Shown in pieces: positions 26,752 through 37,092 of a stretch of 64,000 nt of DNA. The notes under the pieces are model-generated. The model did no database searches. It was not told the DNA's origin and was given only the letters and a program-made list of their open reading frames with translations. Each line of letters opens with the position of its first letter. Position 1 is the stretch's first letter. A program made the position numbers and the translations under genes. The stretch is from Myxococcota bacterium. Its GTDB lineage: Bacteria > Myxococcota_A > UBA9160 > UBA6930. Location of the stretch: contig OZ245015.1 of NCBI GenBank assembly GCA_965223705.1, positions 4,384,001 through 4,448,000 on the forward strand, given 5' to 3'.

Positions 26752-27961
26752 CGAAGGCGATGTTCTCCGGCTCGACACCCAAGTCATCGAGCATGTTCTG
26801 CACCGCTTCGTTCATCATCGGCGGACCGCACAAGTAGTACTCGCAATCTTCGGGAGCGGGATGATCTTTCAGATAGTTGTCGAGGAGGACTTGATGGATG
26901 AAACCGGTGTAGCCCTCCCAGTTGTCTTCCGGAAGCGGCTCGGAGAGGGCCAAGTGCCACTTGAAGTTGTCGTTCTCTGCCTGGATCGTGTCGAAATCCT
27001 CGACGTAGAAGGCCTCTCGGAGACTCCTGGCTCCGTACCAGAAGCTCACCTTGCGATCCGTCTTGATTCTCCGGAACTGATCGAAGATGTGGGAACGCAT
27101 CGGTGCCATCCCGGCGCCACCACCGACGAAGATCATCTCTTTGTCGGTGTCCTTTGCGAAGAACTCTCCGTAGGGGCCCGAAATGGTGACTTCGTCGCCG
27201 GGCTTCAGGTTGAAAATGTAGGAGGACATGATTCCGGGAGGCACGTCCGGTTGCCGCGGCGGCGGCGATGCGATCCGGACGTTGAGCATGATGATGCCCT
27301 TCTCCTCGGGGTAGTTCGCCATGGAATACGCGCGTTCTTCGGCTTCATCGACCTTGGACACGTAGCGCCAGAGATCGAAGGTGTCCCAATCCGGGCGATA
27401 CTCCTCGGGAATATCGAAGGTCTTGTAGCTGACTTCATGAGGCGGGCATTCGATCTGGATGTATCCGCCGGCTCGGAAGGGAACTTCTTCGCCCGGAGGA
27501 AGCTCCAGGATGAGCTCTTTGATGAACGTCGCCACGTTGTCGTTCGAGCGCACCTTGCAGACCCACTTCTTGACGTCGAGGACCTCGGGCTCGACCTCGA
27601 TCCGCATGTCCTGCTTGACCTTGACCTGACACGAAAGCCGGACACCTTCCCGCGCTTCGCCCCGTGAGATGTGAGAAAGCTCCGTCGGGAGAATCGAGCC
27701 GCCGCCCTCGATCACTTTCAGGGTGCAGACGCCGCAGCTGCCTTTTCCGCCGCACGCCGAGGGCACGAAGATCTGACTCGCCGCGAGGGTTCCGAGCAGT
27801 GTGCTCCCACTTCGGGTCGTGATCGTCTTGTCGGGGTCTCCGTTGATCTCGATCTTCACCTCGCCGCTCGGCACGAGCTTCGCCTTGGCCGCCATCAGGA
27901 CCAATACGAGAACCAAGATGACGACCACAAAGCCGACGACGCCAAAAAGAACGGTGGTCAT
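26738..27961 (-). CDS. nqrF: Na+-translocating NADH:quinone reductase subunit F
   Basis: [12 protein letters not shown] 2Fe-2S motif, [37 protein letters not shown]-terminus. Confidence 0.98.
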   Translation of the reverse strand: MTTVLFGVVGFVVVILVLVLVLMAAKAKLVPSGEVKIEINGDPDKTITTRSGSTLLGTLAASQIFVPSACGGKGSCGVCTLKVIEGGGSILPTELSHISRGEAREGVRLSCQVKVKQDMRIEVEPEVLDVKKWVCKVRSNDNVATFIKELILELPPGEEVPFRAGGYIQIECPPHEVSYKTFDIPEEYRPDWDTFDLWRYVSKVDEAEERAYSMANYPEEKGIIMLNVRIASPPPRQPDVPPGIMSSYIFNLKPGDEVTISGPYGEFFAKDTDKEMIFVGGGAGMAPMRSHIFDQFRRIKTDRKVSFWYGARSLREAFYVEDFDTIQAENDNFKWHLALSEPLPEDNWEGYTGFIHQVLLDNYLKDHPAPEDCEYYLCGPPMMNEAVQNMLDDLGVEPENIAFDDFG

Positions 27962-27976
27962 TGTTATCTCCGCCTT

Positions 27977-28588
27977 CTAGAGCTGGATTCCGGAGAAGGC
28001 CATAAAGCCGATCGACATCAATCCGACGACTAAGAACGTGATGCCGAGACCGCGGAGCGGTTCGGGAACATCGCTGTACTTGAGCTTCTCGCGGATCGCC
28101 GCGAGCGCCATGATGGCGAGCGCCCAGCCGATACCCGAGCCCAGTCCGAAGACGGTCGATTCACCCAAGGTGTAATCGCGCTCGACCATGAAGAGCGACG
28201 CTCCCAAGATCGCGCAGTTGACGGCGATCAGCGGCAAGAAGACGCCCAGCGCGTTGTAGAGCGCAGGCACGTAGCGGTCGAGGGTCATCTCGACGATTTG
28301 CACCGTCGCCGCAATCGTCCCGATCAACGTGAGGAACGACAGAAACGAAAGATCGAGATCCGGCAGACCCGCCCAGGCGAGCGAACCCGGCCGGAGCAGC
28401 TTCTCGGTGAGGAACTGGTTCAGTGGCGTCGTCACCGCCAGCACGAAGATGACGGCGGCGCCGAGCCCGATTGCGGTTTCGACCTTTCTCGAGACGGCTA
28501 GGAAGGAGCACATCCCGAGAAAGAAGGCCAAGGCCATGTTCTCAACGAATATGGCCTTCGTGGCTAGGCTCAAGTAGTGCTCCAACAT
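27977..28588 (-). CDS. nqrE: Na+-NQR subunit E
   Basis: [31 protein letters not shown]. Confidence 0.97.
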   Translation of the reverse strand: MLEHYLSLATKAIFVENMALAFFLGMCSFLAVSRKVETAIGLGAAVIFVLAVTTPLNQFLTEKLLRPGSLAWAGLPDLDLSFLSFLTLIGTIAATVQIVEMTLDRYVPALYNALGVFLPLIAVNCAILGASLFMVERDYTLGESTVFGLGSGIGWALAIMALAAIREKLKYSDVPEPLRGLGITFLVVGLMSIGFMAFSGIQL

Positions 28589-29216
28589 GGAACTCCTCCT
28601 CGACTTGATCGGTCTTCCAGCTGCGCACCGCCCAGATGAAGCAGCCGATTAAAAAGAACGCCGCGGGCGCCAACACCATCAATCCGTTCGGTTCGTACCA
28701 ACCGCCTTCGGTCACGGGCTTGAGCACCGTCATGCCGAACACCTTGCCCGAACCGAATAGCTCGCGAAGGAAGGCGACAACCATGAGGATCAGGCCATAG
28801 CCCAGGCCATTGCCCAGGCCGTCGATGAGCGAAATCCGCGGCGCGTTTTGCATGGCAAAGGCTTCCGCGCGACCCATGATGATGCAGTTCGTGATGATCA
28901 ATCCGACAAACACCGAGAGTTGCTTGCTGACGTCATAGACGTAGGCCTTGAGCACCTGGTCGGTGATGATCACCAGCGAAGCGATGATCGTGAGCTGCAC
29001 GATGATGCGGATGCTCGACGGGATGTAGTTCCGGATCGCACTTACAGCGACGTTCGACGCGCACAACACGAAGATCACCGCGAGGGTCATCACGAACGCG
29101 GTTTCCATCTTCGTCGTGACGGCCAGCGCGGAACAGATGCCCAGCACTTGGAGCGCGATGGGATTGTTGTTGAAGAGCGGATCGAGCAGCGCGTCCCGAT
29201 CTTTCACGGCAGCCAT
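28542..29216 (-). CDS. nqrD: Na+-NQR subunit D
   Basis: [35 protein letters not shown]. Confidence 0.97.
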   Translation of the reverse strand: MAAVKDRDALLDPLFNNNPIALQVLGICSALAVTTKMETAFVMTLAVIFVLCASNVAVSAIRNYIPSSIRIIVQLTIIASLVIITDQVLKAYVYDVSKQLSVFVGLIITNCIIMGRAEAFAMQNAPRISLIDGLGNGLGYGLILMVVAFLRELFGSGKVFGMTVLKPVTEGGWYEPNGLMVLAPAAFFLIGCFIWAVRSWKTDQVEEEFHVGALLEPSHEGHIR

Positions 29217-29999
29217 CTAGATTCCCCTCTCGGCGCGGAACTGATCGAGGTATGCACCGAAACCATTGTCGCCGAGCCAAAACGCCAACGTGTGGCTGAC
29301 CCCGCGACTCGTGATCGTCGCGCCCGACAAACCGTCGACATAGAACGGATCGGCATCGGGCGGCCCCGCTCGGCCCTTCTTTACGCGGATCGCGACGTCA
29401 CCGTTCTGGTCGAAGGCCTTGCGCCCTTTCCAGAGCGCCTTCCAGCGCGGATTGTCGACCTCGCCACCCAAGCCAGGTGTCTCGCCGTGCTCGTAGAACG
29501 TGATCCCTTGGATCGTCTGCACATCAGCGCCGAGGGAAATGAAGCCGTAGAGCGTCGACCACAGGCCTTTGCCGTGGATCGGCAGAATCAGGGCCTCGAC
29601 TTCGCCGTCCGAACCTTTGACGTGGTACACCGACGCCTTGTTGGGAACCCGCCTGACCTTGGCGAGATTCTCCGGTGCCTCGCGGCTCTGATCCGGATCC
29701 GCAGCTGCGGCGCGCTGGTCGAACTTGGTCTTGTCGACCGTCTCGTCGTAGTTGCCGGTCGCCAGATCGACGATGTGCTGCTCGATGTTGCGCTCGAACC
29801 GGCCCGAGATTTCGGCGTCGGGCAAGCGCTCGCCGTCGCCCATCAATCCCGCGAGGGCGAGGACCTTCTTCTGGACGTCGAGCAGCTTGTTGCGCTCTTG
29901 ACGCTCTTTCAGCGATACGGCCGAGGTGGCGACGAAAACCGAGCAGACGCCGCACACGGCGAGTGCGAAAAGGACGATATAACGCGAACTATGCTCCAC
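29217..29999 (-). CDS. nqrC: Na+-NQR subunit C
   Basis: GKGLWSTLYG, ETPGLGGEV, DGLSGATITS (FMN-Thr). Confidence 0.97.
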   Translation of the reverse strand: MEHSSRYIVLFALAVCGVCSVFVATSAVSLKERQERNKLLDVQKKVLALAGLMGDGERLPDAEISGRFERNIEQHIVDLATGNYDETVDKTKFDQRAAAADPDQSREAPENLAKVRRVPNKASVYHVKGSDGEVEALILPIHGKGLWSTLYGFISLGADVQTIQGITFYEHGETPGLGGEVDNPRWKALWKGRKAFDQNGDVAIRVKKGRAGPPDADPFYVDGLSGATITSRGVSHTLAFWLGDNGFGAYLDQFRAERGI

Positions 30000-31206
30000 T
30001 GCGCGCCAACCTCCGATTGATGTTCGCGCTCACGATGAAGTGATCGATCAACGGCGCGAACATGTTCATGAACAGGATCGCCAACATCATGCCTTCCGGG
30101 TACGCCGGGTTGATGACGCGGATGAGAACCACGAGGACGCCGATACCGAGCCCGTAATAGAACCGGCCCGCGGGTGTGTAGGCCGACGAGACCGGATCGG
30201 TGGCCATGAACGCCATACCAAAGGCCCAGCCGCCGAGCACCATGTGCCACCAGAAGGGAATCGCGAACATCGGGTTGCTCGCCGAACCCAAGGCGTTGAG
30301 CAGCCCTGAAAGGAGGATCGTCCCGAGCGTCACGCCGGCGACGGTTTGCCAGGACCCGACCCGCGTCAGCAACAAGATGCCCAGGCCGAGGAACGCACAC
30401 AGGGCGGAGGTCTCCCCCATCGAGCCGGGGATGAAACCGAAGAACGCGTCGCTAAAGCGTGCGCCTTCGAGCGCCCCTTCGGTCACTGCGGCCTGCGCGA
30501 GCAATGTGGCACCGCTGAACGAATCGACGCCGAGGAAATCCGCGGCGATCCACGGCTGATCGCCGCTCATGTACGCCGGGTACGCGAAGAACAGGAAGGC
30601 GCGTGCCGTCAGGGCCGGGTTGAGGAAGTTCATGCCCGTGCCGCCAAACACTTCTTTGCCGAAGACCAACCCGAAGGCCATACCGAGCGCGACCATCCAG
30701 AGCGGGATCGTCGGCGGCAGCGTCAGGGGCAACAAGAAGCCGGTCACGAGGAAGCCCTCGTTCACTTCGTGCCCGCGGATCATCGCGCTCCCGATTTCGA
30801 CGATGGACCCGACGATGAAACCGACGGTCAGTATCGGCACGAAATAGAGCGCGCCGAAAATCGCGCACAAGACGACGTTGCTCGGGTTGTACCAGAGGCC
30901 GAGCCCTTCGTAGAGCGACGTCTGCCACGTGTCGAGCGGCGCGGCACCCATGGCCATCGCGTTCATCGCTTGAAAGCCGGTGTTGTACAGGGCGAAGATC
31001 ACGCACGGTTGAAGCGCGATCACCACCGTGATCATCATCCGCTTGAGATCCATGCCGTCGCGAACGTGTGGCGCGGTGCGCGTCACATGTCCAGGCGTGA
31101 ACATCGCCGTGTCGTGGGCTTCCCAGAGCGGATAGAACTTCTCAAGCGGCCCGCCCTTCTGGAAGAGCGGATCGGCCTTGTCGTGCAGGTCGCGGAGAAA
31201 CTGCAT
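29989..31206 (-). CDS. nqrB: Na+-NQR subunit B
   Basis: HVRDGMDLKRMMITV, KEVFGGTGMNFLNPAL, SGAT, GSMGETS, YPEGMMLAILF. Confidence 0.97.
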   Translation of the reverse strand: MQFLRDLHDKADPLFQKGGPLEKFYPLWEAHDTAMFTPGHVTRTAPHVRDGMDLKRMMITVVIALQPCVIFALYNTGFQAMNAMAMGAAPLDTWQTSLYEGLGLWYNPSNVVLCAIFGALYFVPILTVGFIVGSIVEIGSAMIRGHEVNEGFLVTGFLLPLTLPPTIPLWMVALGMAFGLVFGKEVFGGTGMNFLNPALTARAFLFFAYPAYMSGDQPWIAADFLGVDSFSGATLLAQAAVTEGALEGARFSDAFFGFIPGSMGETSALCAFLGLGILLLTRVGSWQTVAGVTLGTILLSGLLNALGSASNPMFAIPFWWHMVLGGWAFGMAFMATDPVSSAYTPAGRFYYGLGIGVLVVLIRVINPAYPEGMMLAILFMNMFAPLIDHFIVSANINRRLARSGA

Positions 31207-32588
31207 CAGCCTTCTTTCTCAATCATCTCGAGGTTCTTGCGCAGGAGCGGCCCGTAGTCGGTCTTTCCCGGACAGACGAACGAGCAAAGCGCCAAGTCTT
31301 CCTCTTGGAGCTCGAGCGCTCCGAGTTTCTCCGCCTGTTCGACATCGCCCACGACGAGCGCCCGCAGGAGATACGTCGGCTGGATGTCGAGAGGCATCAC
31401 GCGCTCGTACATGCCGATCGGCACCATCGCGCGCGGCGACCCGTTGGTCGTCGTCGTCATCGGGAAGCGTTTGCCCCGGAAGAGCCGCGACAAATAGATC
31501 GGTGCGGACGAGAAAGCGTTCCACCCCGGTGTCAGCCAGCCGAGGAACACCCGCTCGCGACCTTCTCGCAGAACAGAGAGTTGGTTGTGGAACCGGCCCA
31601 GGTAGCCGAACACGTCGCCTTGCGCGGCCTTGCCGGAAAGAACGGAGCCGGCGATCAGGCGAACGTCGGCGCCGTCGGGGACACCGCCGGCGAGCTCCGC
31701 GATGTCGGCCCCGAGCCGGGTGTGCACCAGCATCGGATCCGTGACGGCGGGCCCGCCGATCGAAACGACACGCGAGACGTCGAGGACGCCGGTCCGGAAC
31801 AGACTTCCGGTCGCCATGACGTCCTGGTAGCCAATCGCCCAAACCGTCTTGCTGCGGCTCACGGGATCGACTTTGTGAATGTGGTAGCCCGCGGTCCCGG
31901 CGGGGTGCGGGCCCTTGAAATGCTCGACGGTGACATCGGCGGTGACGTGCTCCGGAATCTCGGAATCCGCGTGGACACACAAGTACGTCGCCCCGTCGGT
32001 CAACTTGCGCAGCACCTGCAGACCGAGATTGAAATCCTCCCGGCGGCGTTCGACGACGACCTCCGGGAGCGGAGCCAAAGGCTCCGAATCCATCGCCGTC
32101 ACAAAGAGAGAGTGGGGCTTGTCCGTCACTTCGGGCGTCCGACCGAACGGGCGCGCGCGGAGCGCCGTCCACTGTCCGGACTCGACGAGCAGCGCCACGA
32201 TTTGATCGCGACTGAGAGAGCCCGGTGCGTCGCCGGTATACGCCGCGAACGAGCGCAGTTCGGCGTCGACCGTCTCATCGCCGCCGCGCTCCGCCTCTGA
32301 CAGCTCGATCACGACCGATTGCAGCGCGCGCTTCGCTCCGCGGTTCACGCCGATGACGCGCCCGGCGCCCGGCGCCGTGTGGAGCACGCCGGGGCGCTTG
32401 CGGTCCTCGAACAACACGTCGCCGCGCTTCACCGTGTCGCCTTCGGCGACTTGCATCGCCGGTCGCATACCCGGGAAGTCGTCCGCCATCACGGCCACCC
32501 GTGTGGGGAAACGTTCCCCTCGGATCGCGTGAATCGGCGCTCCCTCGATGGGGAGGTCCAAACCTTTGGTGCTTTCGTGCAATGCCAT
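31206..32588 (-). CDS. nqrA: Na+-NQR subunit A
   Basis: KGLDLPIEGAP, GPHPAG, MVPIGMYERVMPLDI, EEDLALCSFVCPGK. Confidence 0.97.
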   Translation of the reverse strand: MALHESTKGLDLPIEGAPIHAIRGERFPTRVAVMADDFPGMRPAMQVAEGDTVKRGDVLFEDRKRPGVLHTAPGAGRVIGVNRGAKRALQSVVIELSEAERGGDETVDAELRSFAAYTGDAPGSLSRDQIVALLVESGQWTALRARPFGRTPEVTDKPHSLFVTAMDSEPLAPLPEVVVERRREDFNLGLQVLRKLTDGATYLCVHADSEIPEHVTADVTVEHFKGPHPAGTAGYHIHKVDPVSRSKTVWAIGYQDVMATGSLFRTGVLDVSRVVSIGGPAVTDPMLVHTRLGADIAELAGGVPDGADVRLIAGSVLSGKAAQGDVFGYLGRFHNQLSVLREGRERVFLGWLTPGWNAFSSAPIYLSRLFRGKRFPMTTTTNGSPRAMVPIGMYERVMPLDIQPTYLLRALVVGDVEQAEKLGALELQEEDLALCSFVCPGKTDYGPLLRKNLEMIEKEG

Positions 32589-32928
32589 GCTTCAGCCAGT
32601 CCTAGCCGTCTCAGGCGGAGTGAGCCACAACGAGGGTGTCGAGGTGTCCCGACATCTGCGGGATGGAGCGGTCGCTGCGGAAATTAGTCCGCAACTTCGC
32701 ACGGTTCCACCCTGCTCTGCCGACCTCGTGCGACTTCTTTAGCGGGCGCTCGGAGCGCGGGCGGGAACCTCGCCCGGGCGGGTGGGGTCTCTCTCAGCAC
32801 TCCTTCAGCGCGGCCTTGTACCGGCCCCGGCGGGCTTCGGCCCCCGGGGCCGGAGCCGTTTCCGGCCGAACCCGAAATAGCCAAATTCTTAATAAAGTCG
32901 CTACGTTACGGTCAGGAGGTGCCTGCCC

Positions 32929-33948
32929 GTGGCTCTGCGAATGATCGAAGTCCAAGTGCCTGACGACCGCGCGGAACAAGCTTCTCAATCCCTCGAGGAG
33001 GTCGGGGCGGAGCAGGTTTGGACCGAGCAGCGCGGTGCCCCCGAACGATCGACCGTGGTGGCCATCCTCGCTGCGGGCAAGACCGGCCGTGCGCTCGATC
33101 TCCTCTACGAGCGCATCGCGGGGGCGAAGGACTTTCGGGCGTTCGTGCATCCGCTGGATGCCGTGCTCCCACGGCCTTACGCGAGTAGTGATTCGAAGAA
33201 CCGCCGAGGGCGGGCTCGTTCGTCCGAAGGCGTCTCCCGCGAGGAGGTCTACGCCAACGTGAGCGATGGCGCGGAGCTCGGCGTCCCGTATCTGGCGTTC
33301 ACGCTGCTCGCGGCGATCGTCGCGGCCATCGGGATGACCACCGACAACACCGCGGCCGTGATCGGGGCGATGGTGGTGGCGCCGCTCCTCGGCCCCAACA
33401 TGGGCCTCGCCCTGGGCCTGACGCTGGGCGATCGCAAACTGATCGGCGAGTCGGCGCGCAGCGGGCTCGCAGGGCTGGTGCTCGCCTACGCCGCGGCCCT
33501 CATTCTCGGCCTGTTCCTCGAGGTCGATATGTCGATCGCAGAGGTCGCGGCCCGGACGCGGGTCACACCGTGGGACATCCTGCTGGGCTTGGCCGCGGGA
33601 GCTGCGGGTACGCTCGCGGTGACGACTGGGGCGCCGTCCTCTCTCGTCGGCGTCATGGTCGCGGTTGCGTTGATGCCGCCAGCTGTCGCCAGTGGACTGC
33701 TCCTCAGCGAGGGCTATTTCCGGGGTGCCGGTGCCGCCATGGTGCTCACGGTGGTGAACGTCACGTCGATCCTGCTCGCGGCGATGGCGACGTTTATCTG
33801 GCGGGGGATGCGCCCTCGGCACTGGTGGGAAGCCGGCGCCGCTGCGGAAAGCTCTCGGCGCGGCCTGATGGCCGCCGCAGCACTGCTCGTCATGCTCGCG
33901 GTCGCGCTGATGGTCGCGCAGCGGCTCGCCGAGCTTCGCGCGGGATAA
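32929..33948 (+). CDS. TIGR00341/DUF389 family membrane protein
   Basis: AAVIGAMVVAPLLGP, LVGVMVAVALMPPAV; AGGAGG RBS. Confidence 0.88.
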   Translation: MALRMIEVQVPDDRAEQASQSLEEVGAEQVWTEQRGAPERSTVVAILAAGKTGRALDLLYERIAGAKDFRAFVHPLDAVLPRPYASSDSKNRRGRARSSEGVSREEVYANVSDGAELGVPYLAFTLLAAIVAAIGMTTDNTAAVIGAMVVAPLLGPNMGLALGLTLGDRKLIGESARSGLAGLVLAYAAALILGLFLEVDMSIAEVAARTRVTPWDILLGLAAGAAGTLAVTTGAPSSLVGVMVAVALMPPAVASGLLLSEGYFRGAGAAMVLTVVNVTSILLAAMATFIWRGMRPRHWWEAGAAAESSRRGLMAAAALLVMLAVALMVAQRLAELRAG

Positions 33949-33988
33949 CGCGCCGGTTCAAGCGCCGCGCGCGGGTTGACGCGCCGGT

Positions 33989-35110
33989 TCAAGCGCGCGC
34001 GCAGGCCGCCGCCAGCGTACCGAGCGCCGTGCCGCGACGGGGTTGCCGGACCTCGTGTCGATCGAGGCCGTTGGTCACATAGCCGAAGGAAAGGCCGGTT
34101 TCGGGATCGCCCCAGGCGAGCTGTCCACCGGCCCCGTTGTGTCCGACCGCGCGCGGGGAGACGCCGCGTCCGAGACCGCGGACATGGGAGAAACCGTCGT
34201 CGCCGGCCTGAAAAAGGCCCAACGTCCGGTTCGCCGGCGCGCCGGTCACCGGATCCGGCAATCGATTGCGCACGTTCCCGACGGCATCCGCCAAGATGTC
34301 CGCGCGCCATATCGAGCCGGGATTGCGGAGCACCGCTTGGTAGAACAGTGCGAGATCCTCGGCGCGGCCGACGCCGCCTCCGCCGGGTACGCCGACCGCG
34401 CGCACCTCGGGGTCGTTAAAGAGCAGCAGCATGTCTTCGGTCGTCGCCGGATCGCCGGGGAGTTCGCGAACCCCGAACGTCGCCTCGAGTTCGTCAGGCG
34501 TCGCGTGATCGCCGACCGGCGTGAGCGTCGCGAATTCCCCGGTTTCGGCGCCCGTCACGCCGAGTAGCTTCGGCAGGCCGGCGGGCTCCGTCACGCGCGT
34601 GGCGACGACGTCGCGAAAATCTCGGCCGGCAACCACTTCGAGGATCTCGGCCAGGACCCAGTGTGCCGAGGTCGGGTGATAGACGTAACGCGTCCCCGGC
34701 TCCCACTCGAGGCGCCAGCGAGCGAACGCGCCGAGCCGGCCCTCGCGAGTCGCCCACACCGGTGGGCCGAGCGGTGCACCGGGGAAGCCGGCGGTGTGAA
34801 GCATCACTTGCTCGACCGTCACCCGATCCTTGTCGTGCGTGTCGAACGCCGGGACGTACTCGACGACCCGTTTCGCCGGATCGATCTCGCCGTCTCCGAT
34901 CAAGGCCCACACGGCTCCCGCGACGAGCGGCTTCGTCGCTGAAAAGAGCGCGAAGCGCGACTGCCCGGTCGCGGCTCCGAAGCAAGCCGACGCGACGATT
35001 TCGCCGTCGAGCGCCAGGGCGACCTGGCAACCCGGGAGCAGGCCTTCGTCGATTTCCCGACGGGCGCGGGCGAGCAATGCGTTGACGGCGGACGAATCGA
35101 GTTTTCCCAT
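33989..35110 (-). CDS. Beta-lactamase-family serine hydrolase/esterase
   Basis: FSATK (SxxK), WEPGTRYVYH, GHNGAGGQLAWGDP. Confidence 0.88.
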   Translation of the reverse strand: MGKLDSSAVNALLARARREIDEGLLPGCQVALALDGEIVASACFGAATGQSRFALFSATKPLVAGAVWALIGDGEIDPAKRVVEYVPAFDTHDKDRVTVEQVMLHTAGFPGAPLGPPVWATREGRLGAFARWRLEWEPGTRYVYHPTSAHWVLAEILEVVAGRDFRDVVATRVTEPAGLPKLLGVTGAETGEFATLTPVGDHATPDELEATFGVRELPGDPATTEDMLLLFNDPEVRAVGVPGGGGVGRAEDLALFYQAVLRNPGSIWRADILADAVGNVRNRLPDPVTGAPANRTLGLFQAGDDGFSHVRGLGRGVSPRAVGHNGAGGQLAWGDPETGLSFGYVTNGLDRHEVRQPRRGTALGTLAAACARA

Positions 35111-35147
35111 GCCGCGGAGTATGGAGGCGATGGCGTATGCTCGCACG

Positions 35148-36272
35148 ATGTCCTCGGACACACCGCGAAGCGCGTTCGAACCGCCGCTCTTGCGAACCCA
35201 GGCGTTCTGCCGAGTCCTGAAAGACGCGGACTTCGCCGTCACCCACACGCGGTTTGTCGATGCTTGCCGAGCCATTGGCGAAATCGAGTGGAACAACGAG
35301 GAAGATTTCCGCGTTGCCCTGCGCACGAACCTCGTCAACAGCCGCGAACAAGAAATCGTGTTCGACCGCCTCTTCGATGCGTTTTGGCGCGAACAACCCG
35401 AGGACGAAACGCCGGAACGCGCGCTCCCCCTGCGCCCCGAGCCCGTCCAGGGACGGCTCCAAGACGGTTGGAAAGAAACGCACCGCGACTTGCTCTCGGA
35501 CACGGATCATTTCAGTCCTGACGAGATGATGCGCGATCTGAACCTGGCGCTTCGTTGGGACGAGCAAGGCATGCCGCTCGAAGCGATCGTCCGGGCGCTC
35601 GCGAAGAAGCTCTCGACCCGACCGAGCCGGCGACGCGTGCCGGCGACGGGCGGCGAACGCATCGACTTGCGCCGTACCTTGCGTCACTTCGCCCGAACCG
35701 GCGCCGAATGGGCGCCCCTCTGTCGCTCCGATCGCCGCGTACGCAAGACGCGTCTCGTGCTCTTGTGCGACGTCAGTGGATCGATGGACGCGTACAACCC
35801 GTTTCTCTTGCGGTTGATGCTGTCTCTCCAAAAAGAGTTGCCCGGGTCGCGGACGGTCGTGTTCAGCACTCGGGTCACCGAGATCACACAGCTCCTACGG
35901 CGGCGAAGTGCGGTCGACACACTGCGAGAGGTCTCTCGTTCCGTGCGTCACTGGTCGGGTGGAACCGACATCGGAAAGGGCCTCGCCATGTTGAACCGGG
36001 GGATCCTCCGGGAAGGAAAGGCGCGGTCGACGGTCGCCATCGTCATCAGCGACGGCTACGACCAGGGCGACCCGGACGTGATCCGCGAGGAGTTACAGAC
36101 GTTGAAACGGCGCGTTCGAAGCCTTGTCTGGATCAACCCCATGTACGGAAGCATGAGTTACGAACCGACGGCGACCGGCATGCGCGCGGCGATGCCCTTC
36201 GTCGACCATTTCCTGCCCGCATGGGACGCCGCCTCGCTTCGAACTCTCGTGCGCGAGCTCGGAACGGTCTAG
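35148..36272 (+). CDS. VWA-domain CoxE-like protein
   Basis: LCDVSGSMDAY (MIDAS), FSTRVT, WSGGTDIG, ISDGYDQGD, WINP. Confidence 0.88.
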   Translation: MSSDTPRSAFEPPLLRTQAFCRVLKDADFAVTHTRFVDACRAIGEIEWNNEEDFRVALRTNLVNSREQEIVFDRLFDAFWREQPEDETPERALPLRPEPVQGRLQDGWKETHRDLLSDTDHFSPDEMMRDLNLALRWDEQGMPLEAIVRALAKKLSTRPSRRRVPATGGERIDLRRTLRHFARTGAEWAPLCRSDRRVRKTRLVLLCDVSGSMDAYNPFLLRLMLSLQKELPGSRTVVFSTRVTEITQLLRRRSAVDTLREVSRSVRHWSGGTDIGKGLAMLNRGILREGKARSTVAIVISDGYDQGDPDVIREELQTLKRRVRSLVWINPMYGSMSYEPTATGMRAAMPFVDHFLPAWDAASLRTLVRELGTV

Positions 36273-36300
36273 CCCGCTGCAACAGCGGTCTTCGTCGCGA

Positions 36301-37092
36301 CTACCAGGCCGTCCAGCCGCCGTCGACGGGAACGACCGAACCGGTGACGTACGTCGACATCGGAGAAGCCAAGAAGACGATGGCGGGTTCGATCTCTTCG
36401 AGCTTTCCGGTGCGGCCCATGGGGGTCATCAGTTCCATGCGCTCCCGCATCTCCGTCGGGATGTCGCCCGTCCGCGGATCGACCGTCATCTCCGTCGGGA
36501 AGTAGGAAGGGGCGACGGCGTTGACCGTGATCCCGTGTCGCGCCCACTCGATCGCGAGTTGTCGCGTCAACCCGTGCACGCCGTGCTTCGCCGCCTGGTA
36601 GCTGACGCAACGGTGAACGGAATTCGCGACGAGGCCCATCACCGAAGAGAGGTAAATGATCCGCCCCGCGGAATCGCCGCGATCGATCATGCGGTTTGCG
36701 AAAATCTGCGACAGCTCGAACGCCGCCGTCAGATCGATCGCCATCACCTGATCCCATTCGTCCCGGGTGTGGCGCTCCGCGCGGCGCAACTTCGCAACGC
36801 CCGCTCCGTGGAGCAGCACCGAGACGGGACCCAACTGCCGCTCGGTCTCGTCGAAGGCGGCCTCGATTTGCCCTCGATCCGTGACGTCGGCGGGAATGGC
36901 AGCCGCCTTGACACCGAGGGGTTCGAGCTCGGACGCCAGAGCTTTGAGGCGATCTTCCCGACGCGCCACCAACGCGACATCCGCTCCAGCCTTGGCCAAC
37001 GCGCGGGCCGCGTGTGTTCCCAAGCCACTCGACGCACCGGTGACCAGCGCAACTTGGCCCTTCAATCCGAACATGGATTCCAAATGGGTCAA
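36301..37092 (-). CDS. Short-chain dehydrogenase/reductase
   Basis: TGASSGLG, SYQAAK (YxxxK), VDGGWTA; start TTG 37092 or ATG 37074. Confidence 0.92.
   Translation of the reverse strand: MTHLESMFGLKGQVALVTGASSGLGTHAARALAKAGADVALVARREDRLKALASELEPLGVKAAAIPADVTDRGQIEAAFDETERQLGPVSVLLHGAGVAKLRRAERHTRDEWDQVMAIDLTAAFELSQIFANRMIDRGDSAGRIIYLSSVMGLVANSVHRCVSYQAAKHGVHGLTRQLAIEWARHGITVNAVAPSYFPTEMTVDPRTGDIPTEMRERMELMTPMGRTGKLEEIEPAIVFLASPMSTYVTGSVVPVDGGWTAW

Noticed and set aside
33948..33996. 18-bp direct repeat ACGCGCCGGTTCAAGCGC (x2) between convergent genes
   Set aside because: Small local duplication of a gene end; no sign of a mobile element
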